Shown: piece after piece, positions 1 through 7,244 of the stretch
How positions within the stretch are numbered: the first letter of the stretch is position 1
How the letters are laid out: each line of letters starts with the position of its first letter
From: a virus
Length of the DNA: 20,642 nt
IMG/VR virus record: IMGVR_UViG_3300022227_000002
Location: 84,088 to 104,729 of that record
Strand: one strand, 5' to 3'
Notes under the pieces: generated by a model
The model's database searches: none
Told to the model about the DNA's origin: nothing
What the model saw: the letters and a program-made list of their open reading frames with translations, nothing else
Translations under genes and position numbers: made by a program

Positions 1-1
1 T

Positions 2-349
2 GTATTGATGAGATAATATTGAAGTATTAGGTGTAAGTATCCTTTCTCCTTTCTTTCCTGCAATAAAAATTAAAAATCCGGAAGAGGCAATTAATCCTAA
101 TCCTACAGTTTTAATAGGTATTGTACTAGCTTTGATTGTATCTATTAATGCAAATGCGGCATGAACATCACCGCCAGGTGAATTAATAATTAAAGTTAGT
201 TTAGGCAATCTAGTAGAAGCAAGATTGCAATTCATAATCCATTGAATACAAGCTCTACAAGAATCTGTATTAATTTCGTCCATTAACAAATAGAGACCAT
301 TTGTTAATAAATTATTTTTTTGTTCTGGTGTTGCTTTGTCTTTAGCCAT
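2..349 (-). CDS. clpP: ClpP-like protease proteolytic subunit (3' end outside the window)
   Basis: Not in the ORF track. ATG at 349 overlaps the glycosyltransferase stop. Translation MAKDKATPEQKNNLLTNGLYLLMDEI...LIINSPGGDVHAAFALIDTI...TVGLGLIASSG...LTPNTSILSHQY has the ClpP motifs INSPGG, catalytic Ser (ASSG) and His (SHQ). Confidence 0.9.
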   Translation of the reverse strand, partial: MAKDKATPEQKNNLLTNGLYLLMDEINTDSCRACIQWIMNCNLASTRLPKLTLIINSPGGDVHAAFALIDTIKASTIPIKTVGLGLIASSGFLIFIAGKKGERILTPNTSILSHQY

Positions 350-1418
350 ATTTTACTACCTCGTATAATGCTTTACCAGAGAAAAATTGATTTTTTAATA
401 TTTCTCTTTGTTTCCATATTAATGGAATATATTTTGTATAATTTTCCATATAGTCGTGTATTTTGTCTATTACTTCTTGTTTGTGTTTACGATAATGTTC
501 TATATCAATTGTCCATTCGCTAGGGTAAGCAAATTCTTTAATTGCCATTTCTTTATAACTTAATCTATTTGGCACCATTGGTATAACATCTAATAGTGCA
601 CCTTCATACCAACTTATACCTAATGTTTCTTGTAAGTTAGCACTAAAGATTAATTTAGATTCTCCTAGTAAATTATGATATTCCACTTTACTCAATGTTT
701 TTTCCTGACATACTATAAAATCATATTCGCTTCCAATAGAATCTTTAAGGTCTTGAAATATGTCTAGTTGCTTTTCAGGTGCAAGTCTATGTGGAAATAA
801 TATTTGTTTTTTCTTTGGCATATTTTTATATTGTTCAAGATTACGTTCCATGTATTCCATAGGCCATCCTACTCTTTTTATTTTTTTATTCGCTTGAGCA
901 TCTAATTTTCTAGTAACTAATTTAATAAATGTATCACTAAACATATCTGTATGAAATTGTGTTGCAAAAAAGTTATGATCAAAAGTTTCATACATACTTT
1001 CTTCTGCCAATCTTACCCAAGGTTTCTTTCCAATTAATCTACCTAAAAAGTCTGCCGGATCATAAGAACCGGCGTGCCACATACCACCTATTTTTATTTT
1101 AACGCCTAATAGTTCTGCCATATATTTTAATTGTATGACTGTAGGATTCCAAGCGTCAGTATATAAGAAGTAGTCACCGTCTTTAACTTCTCCTTTACAA
1201 AACATTTCTCCAATTTTAGCCAATTGATTACTCTTATAAACATTGGTACCACCAAAGTTTAAAAAAGCACCGGGTGTAGTTTTTTGTGGTGTATCGCCTC
1301 CACTTATATTAACTACTTCATTATTAGTATGTCTTTTTAGTTGTTCTGGGAGATGTTTTTTCCACTCCTTTGTGTATCGAGTGTCAACAGCCTCCAAATC
1401 AACAATGTAAATTGTCAT
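342..1418 (-). CDS. GT-B fold (GT4-like) glycosyltransferase resembling GTDC1/QTMAN (DUF3524-type)
   Basis: C-terminal E-x7-E donor-binding motif (QETLGISWYEG), plus FPHRLAPEK and PNRLSYKEM. These resemble, from memory, the GTDC1 motifs WPHRWEHDK / [11 protein letters not shown] / PKDLVYPEI. Confidence 0.8.
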   Translation of the reverse strand: MTIYIVDLEAVDTRYTKEWKKHLPEQLKRHTNNEVVNISGGDTPQKTTPGAFLNFGGTNVYKSNQLAKIGEMFCKGEVKDGDYFLYTDAWNPTVIQLKYMAELLGVKIKIGGMWHAGSYDPADFLGRLIGKKPWVRLAEESMYETFDHNFFATQFHTDMFSDTFIKLVTRKLDAQANKKIKRVGWPMEYMERNLEQYKNMPKKKQILFPHRLAPEKQLDIFQDLKDSIGSEYDFIVCQEKTLSKVEYHNLLGESKLIFSANLQETLGISWYEGALLDVIPMVPNRLSYKEMAIKEFAYPSEWTIDIEHYRKHKQEVIDKIHDYMENYTKYIPLIWKQREILKNQFFSGKALYEVVKYG

Positions 1419-1420
1419 TC

Positions 1421-1795
1421 TTATTCCTTTTCATATACTGCGTGTGATCCATTTTCACCATCTTCAGAAACATCTATTTCAATATTTCTACCAGGATATC
1501 TTTTTTTAATTTGTGCATATAAATCATCTGACATCATTTCACAACTTTTAAAGTCGTTTTGTAATGTACCTTGACTATATAAACTCAAAATCCATCTTTG
1601 AAATTGGATGAATTCGATATCTCTGTCATCGTGAAAAACTTCGATCGCCACTTTAAAATGAAATGTATGTCTATGTGGATGTCCTAAAAATGACACGTCA
1701 TATTCATCTCCAGTTGCTAATTTAGGGTCAGTTAGAGCCGCAGGATACTTATGTATTCCTTCTTTTCTAAATGTTACCCAAATCATTTTTTTCAT
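1421..1795 (-). CDS. Divergent QueD/PTPS-like T-fold protein
   Basis: 124 aa. N-terminal His (EGIH), HPHRH metal-binding motif at the position of QueD HGH, SCEMM at the position of PTAE, and C-terminal VSEDGEN strand. Lacks the canonical CxxxHGH. SD-like AAGGAA upstream. Confidence 0.6.
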   Translation of the reverse strand: MKKMIWVTFRKEGIHKYPAALTDPKLATGDEYDVSFLGHPHRHTFHFKVAIEVFHDDRDIEFIQFQRWILSLYSQGTLQNDFKSCEMMSDDLYAQIKKRYPGRNIEIDVSEDGENGSHAVYEKE

Positions 1796-1824
1796 TGCGT
1801 TCCTTTTCTTTTTATGAGTTGTCC

Positions 1825-1853
1825 ATTATAACAGTTTTATTTTTCATTGTCAA
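1825..1853 (-). promoter_or_regulatory. Consensus sigma70 promoter with extended -10
   Basis: Minus strand TTGACA (1853-1848), 17 nt, TATAAT (1830-1825), with TGn directly before the -10. Lies upstream of the QueD-like / glycosyltransferase / clpP genes. Confidence 0.85.
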
Positions 1854-2361
1854 TGTCCAAAACGGTATCGTCTTTATATTCTGACCATTCTGTATATTGC
1901 ATATAACCTTTTAAAGTGTTGAGGTCTTTGGACCATACTCCTTTGTTTGTTAAACCCCACGTAGTATCATCTATTTTTAAAACTGCATTTTTATTCAGTT
2001 TTTCAATGTTTGGAATTTTAGCACTTATCATTGGAATAAATTTTTCAAAGGCCATTAATCCCGATTCTATTACGTCATTGGAATAACTGACATCAAAATC
2101 TAATGTAACCCAATAATTTTTTTCTAATAATATTGTCATCATTACATACCAGTCTTTCCAATCTGTTTCATTGCTAGGATTAAAACTTTGACTTGTACCA
2201 AAGTAAATGTGTTTTATATCCTTTTTATTAGCTAATTCTTCTATTTCTTTTGCAGGTCTAACGCCAACTACAAATAAAGTATGTTGTCCAGTCATAGGTG
2301 TTGCTTCTATTTCTTCACCTGTAAAATATATTGATTCTTTTCTTTTACTCGTGTCTAACAT
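1837..2361 (-). CDS. Hypothetical protein (174 aa), possibly a degenerate QueE/radical-SAM-fold protein without Fe-S cysteines
   Basis: Start re-called to ATG at 2361, 4 nt after the upstream stop; the track start at 2481 overlaps the dehydrogenase gene by more than 100 nt. YFTGEEIEATPMTGQHTLFVVG and IKHIYFG loosely echo QueE FxSIQGEGxxxGxPAxFIR and xxHVVITGG. No Cys present. Confidence 0.7.
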   Translation of the reverse strand: MLDTSKRKESIYFTGEEIEATPMTGQHTLFVVGVRPAKEIEELANKKDIKHIYFGTSQSFNPSNETDWKDWYVMMTILLEKNYWVTLDFDVSYSNDVIESGLMAFEKFIPMISAKIPNIEKLNKNAVLKIDDTTWGLTNKGVWSKDLNTLKGYMQYTEWSEYKDDTVLDIDNEK

Positions 2362-2365
2362 TTTT

Positions 2366-3280
2366 TTACCACTTAATATATCCTCTAGTATATCCTTTTG
2401 GTCTATTAAGACCTTCGTTAAATGCATCTTTCCATTCAGTATTTCTATCATAACCTTTTGTCCAAAAAGAAGATACATCAATTTTACCTGAATGTACTAA
2501 TTCTACTGCTTTACGCATACACTCTATAAATCCACTATCTCTTGGACTAGGAAATTTTAAAGTCATTGAATTCCATAACATTGTAGAAAATGTTGTTGTA
2601 ACTTTATTTGGTTTTTCAGCACCCATTATTAGTAATGCTTCTGGATTAAATATTTCTTTTTCAAATGATTCATTTCTATTATTAAGATCAATTACTACAT
2701 CATATTTTCCGTCAATTGTATCTGTAAGTTTGTTACCCCATAATTCTTTATTACTATGACCATATACAGTAATATTAAAATGAATATTTTTTTCTAGCAT
2801 AAGAGTTAAAAGATAATGATATACAACCTGTGCTAAAAATCCACTTCCCATAATTAATAAGTTTGCTCCTTGTTTTCTACCTCTTCTTTCAATTGGCATT
2901 TTACTAGAGTTGATTATGTTTATACCACAAGCAACAGGCTCTATAATATATTTAGGATCACATTCGGGCACTTTAACATAAGTTCCTATGTCACAATTAT
3001 AAAAGTCTGCGTATGCAGGTTCACCTCTAGTTGCTACAAAGTCTCCTATATCTACATCATATACATTTTTTCCTTTTTCTGTTACTTGTCCTAATCCTTC
3101 ATGACCTTGCATAGTTAAAGGTAATGGTCCAAAGTTTCCTTGCATCATATCAATATCGCTTCTACATACTCCTGTATATTTTGCTTTAACTCTAATTTGT
3201 TCATTAGATATATCAGGAATATCTATAGTTCCTTCGTTAAATGTACCTTTACCTTCAGTGTATAATAGTTTCGTCATCAT
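2366..3280 (-). CDS. Zn-dependent medium-chain (sorbitol/threonine-type) dehydrogenase
   Basis: GVCRSD and GHEGLG catalytic Zn motifs, EPVAC, Rossmann GSGFLA. Lacks the four-Cys structural zinc lobe. Confidence 0.85.
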   Translation of the reverse strand: MMTKLLYTEGKGTFNEGTIDIPDISNEQIRVKAKYTGVCRSDIDMMQGNFGPLPLTMQGHEGLGQVTEKGKNVYDVDIGDFVATRGEPAYADFYNCDIGTYVKVPECDPKYIIEPVACGINIINSSKMPIERRGRKQGANLLIMGSGFLAQVVYHYLLTLMLEKNIHFNITVYGHSNKELWGNKLTDTIDGKYDVVIDLNNRNESFEKEIFNPEALLIMGAEKPNKVTTTFSTMLWNSMTLKFPSPRDSGFIECMRKAVELVHSGKIDVSSFWTKGYDRNTEWKDAFNEGLNRPKGYTRGYIKW

Positions 3281-4253
3281 TTGTTATTGTTTCGTGTATC
3301 CATAAATCGTATTCTAATTGTTTTTGCCAAAATGCATTGTCATCTTTATGAGTTATACAATCTGCAATCATTCGTTCATATGCACTTTCAGGACAAATAC
3401 CTATTTGAAATGGATGTTGTTCGTCTTCTTGTTTAGTTTCTCCTGATTTGTTAAAATGTACTGCAATATCATCTTCTTGTTCATCATCTTTTCTTCCTGA
3501 TGCAGAAAAACCTTTACCTGCTTTCCAATCTGCTGTAAGTCTATATGTTTTTTCATTATTGTTAAATTCTAATTCTACTAAATCGTCTACATCATATACT
3601 CCAATAGGATTCATAGTTCCATAATTTCCTGCTCTATTATCACCTGTTGTTTCATATGTTTCTTCTATTAACTCTTTTAAAGTATTTTTTTGTTCTTTGT
3701 GAAATTTTGTAAGTTTGAAATCTTTATAAGTATTAGGATTTATTGCAATAAAAATACTCAATAAGTGTGGTAATAAATCTCGAGATACTCCACCATACGC
3801 AAGAGCTTTGTTTGTAAACCAACCACCAGGATTAGGTATAAAGTTTATATTACGCCAGTTTATATCAATTATATCATTATCGTCTACTTTTGTTTTAATA
3901 CCATCTAACCATATTTTAGTTCTCCACATATTATTTTTTGTCATAATAAATTTTGTATTTTTATTAGAACTTACTAAAATTTGCCATTGTTGAGCATTTT
4001 GTACACCAGGTTTTTCAATAAAAACCATTTTACTATGCGGTGCAATTTTTTGTGCAATAGTATAATGTGTATTATTAGGTGTACAAATATGAACAGTATC
4101 AAATTCTGGATGGGTTTTTAATGCTGTTGTTAATTCTAAAAACATAGGATTGTGTTTTGAATTAATGTCCACAGTAATTACTTCGTGTCCCATTTTTTCT
4201 AAAACACGTTTATATAATTGTCCGAACCCTAATCCTACTATTAAACTTTTCAT
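3255..4253 (-). CDS. Gfo/Idh/MocA family NAD(P)-dependent oxidoreductase
   Basis: N-terminal IVGLGFG, HICTPNNTH, VFIEKP, and GGVSRDLLPH (GGxxxDxxxH) motifs. Confidence 0.9.
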   Translation of the reverse strand: MKSLIVGLGFGQLYKRVLEKMGHEVITVDINSKHNPMFLELTTALKTHPEFDTVHICTPNNTHYTIAQKIAPHSKMVFIEKPGVQNAQQWQILVSSNKNTKFIMTKNNMWRTKIWLDGIKTKVDDNDIIDINWRNINFIPNPGGWFTNKALAYGGVSRDLLPHLLSIFIAINPNTYKDFKLTKFHKEQKNTLKELIEETYETTGDNRAGNYGTMNPIGVYDVDDLVELEFNNNEKTYRLTADWKAGKGFSASGRKDDEQEDDIAVHFNKSGETKQEDEQHPFQIGICPESAYERMIADCITHKDDNAFWQKQLEYDLWIHETITNDDETIIH

Positions 4254-4254
4254 A

Positions 4255-4446
4255 TTAATTAAATCTTTTTGTAAAGTTTTCTATTTCTGTTTTTATTGCA
4301 AGTTTAATTTTTTTAAACTTTTTTAATAATGCTTTTCCTTCCCAACTTCTATCTTCGTCCCTTTCGTTTTCCATTTCTTCGACTTTTCTGTGATAATAAT
4401 CAAACTCGTACTTTAACTTTTTAAGTTTTTTATCTTTCTTCGCCAT
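4255..4446 (-). CDS. Small charged coiled-coil protein (DUF465-like)
   Basis: 63 aa, TAATG overlap with the upstream gene, strong SD (CAGGAGGT), helical hairpin pattern ending LKKFKKIKLAIKTEI. Confidence 0.65.
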   Translation of the reverse strand: MAKKDKKLKKLKYEFDYYHRKVEEMENERDEDRSWEGKALLKKFKKIKLAIKTEIENFTKRFN

Positions 4447-5909
4447 TATACCTCCTGAAATAAATTAGCAAATTGTGTACTTGCGTTAACCGTTTTCTTG
4501 CCAGTCGCCCCCCTTGTTCCTATTACTGTCATAAAATATCTATGAAATTCTTCTATGACTGCGTTTGCTTCATCTCTGTTGCTTGTTGCAAATATTGCCT
4601 CTATAATATCTTTAAAAGCAACTCTATCAAATTGTTCTTGTAATAACATACCTGGATATATTCCTTTATCATATGCTTCATTGGCTTCTTGTACTGCTGT
4701 AATGTGCATCCAAACATTGTGAGCCATTTGTAAAGTGTAACTAAATGAATCCCAACTAGTTTTAGGATCATTTTTCATTTTGTTTAATTCTCCAGGAGAA
4801 TAACAACATACATCATCAAGCATTAATCTTTTACTAACAGGACTATCTCTAAAACTTTTAAATATTTTTTCTTGCAATACACCTTCTTTAAATGTTCTTG
4901 GATCTGGTTTATATTTTTTATCATCTGCACTTGCCTGCATTCTGTATACCCATTTTTTTCTATCTTTTATTTCTATATCAATATAAATTTGACCATTGGC
5001 ACAAGCTAAAAATGGAGAAGCACAATCAAATGTAATCATAAAATTAGGATTGTGATATTTTCTTATAGCTCTTTGTATATCTGTTAATAATACTGCCCAT
5101 TCTAATTTAGATGTTCCTAAGAAGTGTACTACATCATGAACACCTTTTTCTAATAATCCATCAAAACGTAGTGCTACAAGTCTTTTTAATGCAAGATGTA
5201 TGTCACACATATTTTGACCACCAAATGACCAACCATTAAAATGTGTACCAGGATATTTTTTAGGATCACAATAGTCTTTCATTTGTGCATACCAATCGTC
5301 TGCTTGTTGGAAATTTTCACCTTGTAATACATTTAAAAATTTACAATCACCTTTTCTATTTTTCATAAAATAATCATTGTTTATTTTTGTACCATTTACA
5401 GCTTCTTGATAGCTATTAATATTACTAGCTTTAGCACCTTCGGGTGACCTTGAAACCCAAGCTGGAATATCTAATATCATTCCATAGTCCATATTAGCAT
5501 CTAACCACGTTAATACTTGTTCACGTTTCTTTTTTGCTTTAGGACAATTAGGATCTTTCCAATCACCTTCCCATACGCCTTTACCTATTTGGAAACCACC
5601 TGAATCTCCAAGCAACCAATTATTAGCTCTATTTCTATTTCTAATAATGTCATCTCTAACACTAAACTTTTTCATATTCAAATCGGCGTGACCTGCGGAA
5701 TATAAATTCCATTTGTAGTTAAAATACGTATTCTTAGGTTCTAAATAATTTAAACCTTGAATTCCGTGTTCAAACTTTTTAGGAACTCTTTCAGGAAGTA
5801 CATAATCATCTTCGTGTTTTGCCTTTCCTATATCTCTCGCGAAGAAACTACTCATCGCTGGCAAGAATACTGCCCAATCCTTCTGAACTTTTGTTAAGTC
5901 TGTGTTCAA
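4446..5909 (-). CDS. TGT-fold guanine transglycosylase (tRNA-guanine transglycosylase / DpdA-like base-exchange enzyme)
   Basis: Ordered TGT motifs: GDSGGFQ, ILDIP, NVLQG, GWSFGG, HFLG, TFDCASP (nucleophile Asp) and late AHN. TTG start preceded by SD AGGAG (5916-5920). Confidence 0.85.
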   Translation of the reverse strand: MNTDLTKVQKDWAVFLPAMSSFFARDIGKAKHEDDYVLPERVPKKFEHGIQGLNYLEPKNTYFNYKWNLYSAGHADLNMKKFSVRDDIIRNRNRANNWLLGDSGGFQIGKGVWEGDWKDPNCPKAKKKREQVLTWLDANMDYGMILDIPAWVSRSPEGAKASNINSYQEAVNGTKINNDYFMKNRKGDCKFLNVLQGENFQQADDWYAQMKDYCDPKKYPGTHFNGWSFGGQNMCDIHLALKRLVALRFDGLLEKGVHDVVHFLGTSKLEWAVLLTDIQRAIRKYHNPNFMITFDCASPFLACANGQIYIDIEIKDRKKWVYRMQASADDKKYKPDPRTFKEGVLQEKIFKSFRDSPVSKRLMLDDVCCYSPGELNKMKNDPKTSWDSFSYTLQMAHNVWMHITAVQEANEAYDKGIYPGMLLQEQFDRVAFKDIIEAIFATSNRDEANAVIEEFHRYFMTVIGTRGATGKKTVNASTQFANLFQEV

Positions 5910-5919
5910 GTATTACTCC

Positions 5920-6645
5920 TTATTTTGTTTGAGCTGGTAAAATGTAATTGTATTCACCAACACCACTATCTACAGTTATTTGCATTGCTCCTTGATCAGA
6001 AATTTTCATACTCATTCTGCCATCAAGACTTAATATACTAATAACTTGTTGAATAGGCCAACTCCATGCTTTTTTCAATTCTCCAGCATCGTGTTGGAAT
6101 ATAAAATTACCTGCGTGTGAATTTGCATCACCAAAATAAAATACTAAATTTTTATTTTCAGTTTTTACAGTGAATACAGTTTCTTCTACGTGTGCCGCCG
6201 CTTGTAATTTTAATCTTTGTATAGACGCTACACTTGGTTCAAACTCTATATCCCAAGATGTACCTTTAAATTTAACAGATTTTAATTTCTCGTTAATAAT
6301 TTCAGTACTCATAAATCTATAATCATTTTGAAAATCACCTTTTTCGTTTTCAAAGTGAATGTTAGTTGGAACCTTTTTTCCATTTCTGACAGCTGATACA
6401 ACATTAAGTTTTGCATTTTTATCATACTCTGGACATTTTAAATGAAGTGCTAATTTATCTAAATTAGGCATACCAAATACACCATCGAATTCATTTACTT
6501 TTTCGTTAGTGTTCGCACTTAATATAACTGAACGATCTTCGGCCATACTTTCTATTTTTGTTTGCTCTTCATTTGTGATTTTTACTAAACTTAAAAACCC
6601 TAATGAATGCGTATGAGCAACAATGTCTTGTAAGATACTTTTCAT
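5920..6645 (-). CDS. Probable DNA polymerase sliding clamp (gp45/PCNA-like)
   Basis: 241 aa with a two-domain beta/alpha pattern, C-terminal YNYILPA (compare PCNA/clamp YxLAP endings), and position in the polymerase operon. SD GGAGA. Confidence 0.65.
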   Translation of the reverse strand: MKSILQDIVAHTHSLGFLSLVKITNEEQTKIESMAEDRSVILSANTNEKVNEFDGVFGMPNLDKLALHLKCPEYDKNAKLNVVSAVRNGKKVPTNIHFENEKGDFQNDYRFMSTEIINEKLKSVKFKGTSWDIEFEPSVASIQRLKLQAAAHVEETVFTVKTENKNLVFYFGDANSHAGNFIFQHDAGELKKAWSWPIQQVISILSLDGRMSMKISDQGAMQITVDSGVGEYNYILPAQTK

Positions 6646-6663
6646 ATATTTCTCCGTTTCCTT

Positions 6664-6692
6664 ATTATATTTAGGTTTGCAGTCGAAGTCAA
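6664..6692 (-). promoter_or_regulatory. sigma70-type promoter for the clamp / TGT operon
   Basis: TTGACT (6692-6687), 17 nt, TATAAT (6669-6664). Confidence 0.8.
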
Positions 6693-6706
6693 GTTAAAAT
6701 GTTTCA

Positions 6707-7243
6707 TTATCTTTCAACTCCAAAATATCTATATGCCTTTTGAACACCTCTAGCTTGATATTTGCAATCAGCCAAAGCATTATGCAAGTCCGTTCTAGGG
6801 CTTACTCTCATGTCTTTTGGCAACATATTTTGCAATGTTCTAGAATCTCTGATCTGCCAGAAGTTCCATGGTACAGGTTTTCCTAGTTGTGCATATAAAT
6901 TTTGTAATATTGCATAGTCAAATAATGGACCTTGGCACCAAAGTTCATCTAATCCTACGCACCATTTGTTAAGAGTTTTTGAAAACTCTTCTAAATTAAT
7001 TCTTCCTTCGTCTGTAAATGCTTCTTCTTTAACTTCTTTATCTTGTTGCCCCCACCATTCTAATGTTTTCTCATTTACACTTCTTCCCATTTTTGTTTGT
7101 TCATCTACATCTATTCTAAGATATAAATCAGTATGAGGTGTTTGAGTATTATATGGATTAAACTTAACTGCTCCTAATGTAAGAATCGTAGCACTAGGTG
7201 TAGTGTCTAAAGTTTCTAAATCTATCATTCCGTGTGTAGCCAT
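6707..7243 (-). CDS. DEDDh 3'-5' exonuclease (T4 DexA / Rv2179c-like)
   Basis: MIDLET (ExoI), WCQGPLFD (ExoII), RDSRT and HNALAD (ExoIII). Start likely the ATG at 7243, just after the polymerase stop. Confidence 0.88.
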   Translation of the reverse strand: MATHGMIDLETLDTTPSATILTLGAVKFNPYNTQTPHTDLYLRIDVDEQTKMGRSVNEKTLEWWGQQDKEVKEEAFTDEGRINLEEFSKTLNKWCVGLDELWCQGPLFDYAILQNLYAQLGKPVPWNFWQIRDSRTLQNMLPKDMRVSPRTDLHNALADCKYQARGVQKAYRYFGVER

Positions 7244-7244
7244 A

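Noticed and set aside
1812-1826. Four-codon ORF MDNS upstream of the QueD paralog
   Set aside because: Its ATG overlaps the -10 box and it is not coupled to either neighbour, so it is likely chance.
2362-2481. Track's longer N-terminus for the 214-aa ORF (likewise the track starts at 7258, 13638 and 17808)
   Set aside because: These extensions overlap upstream genes or include the SD. Downstream ATGs at 2361, 7243, 13626 and 17778 fit coupling or SD spacing better.
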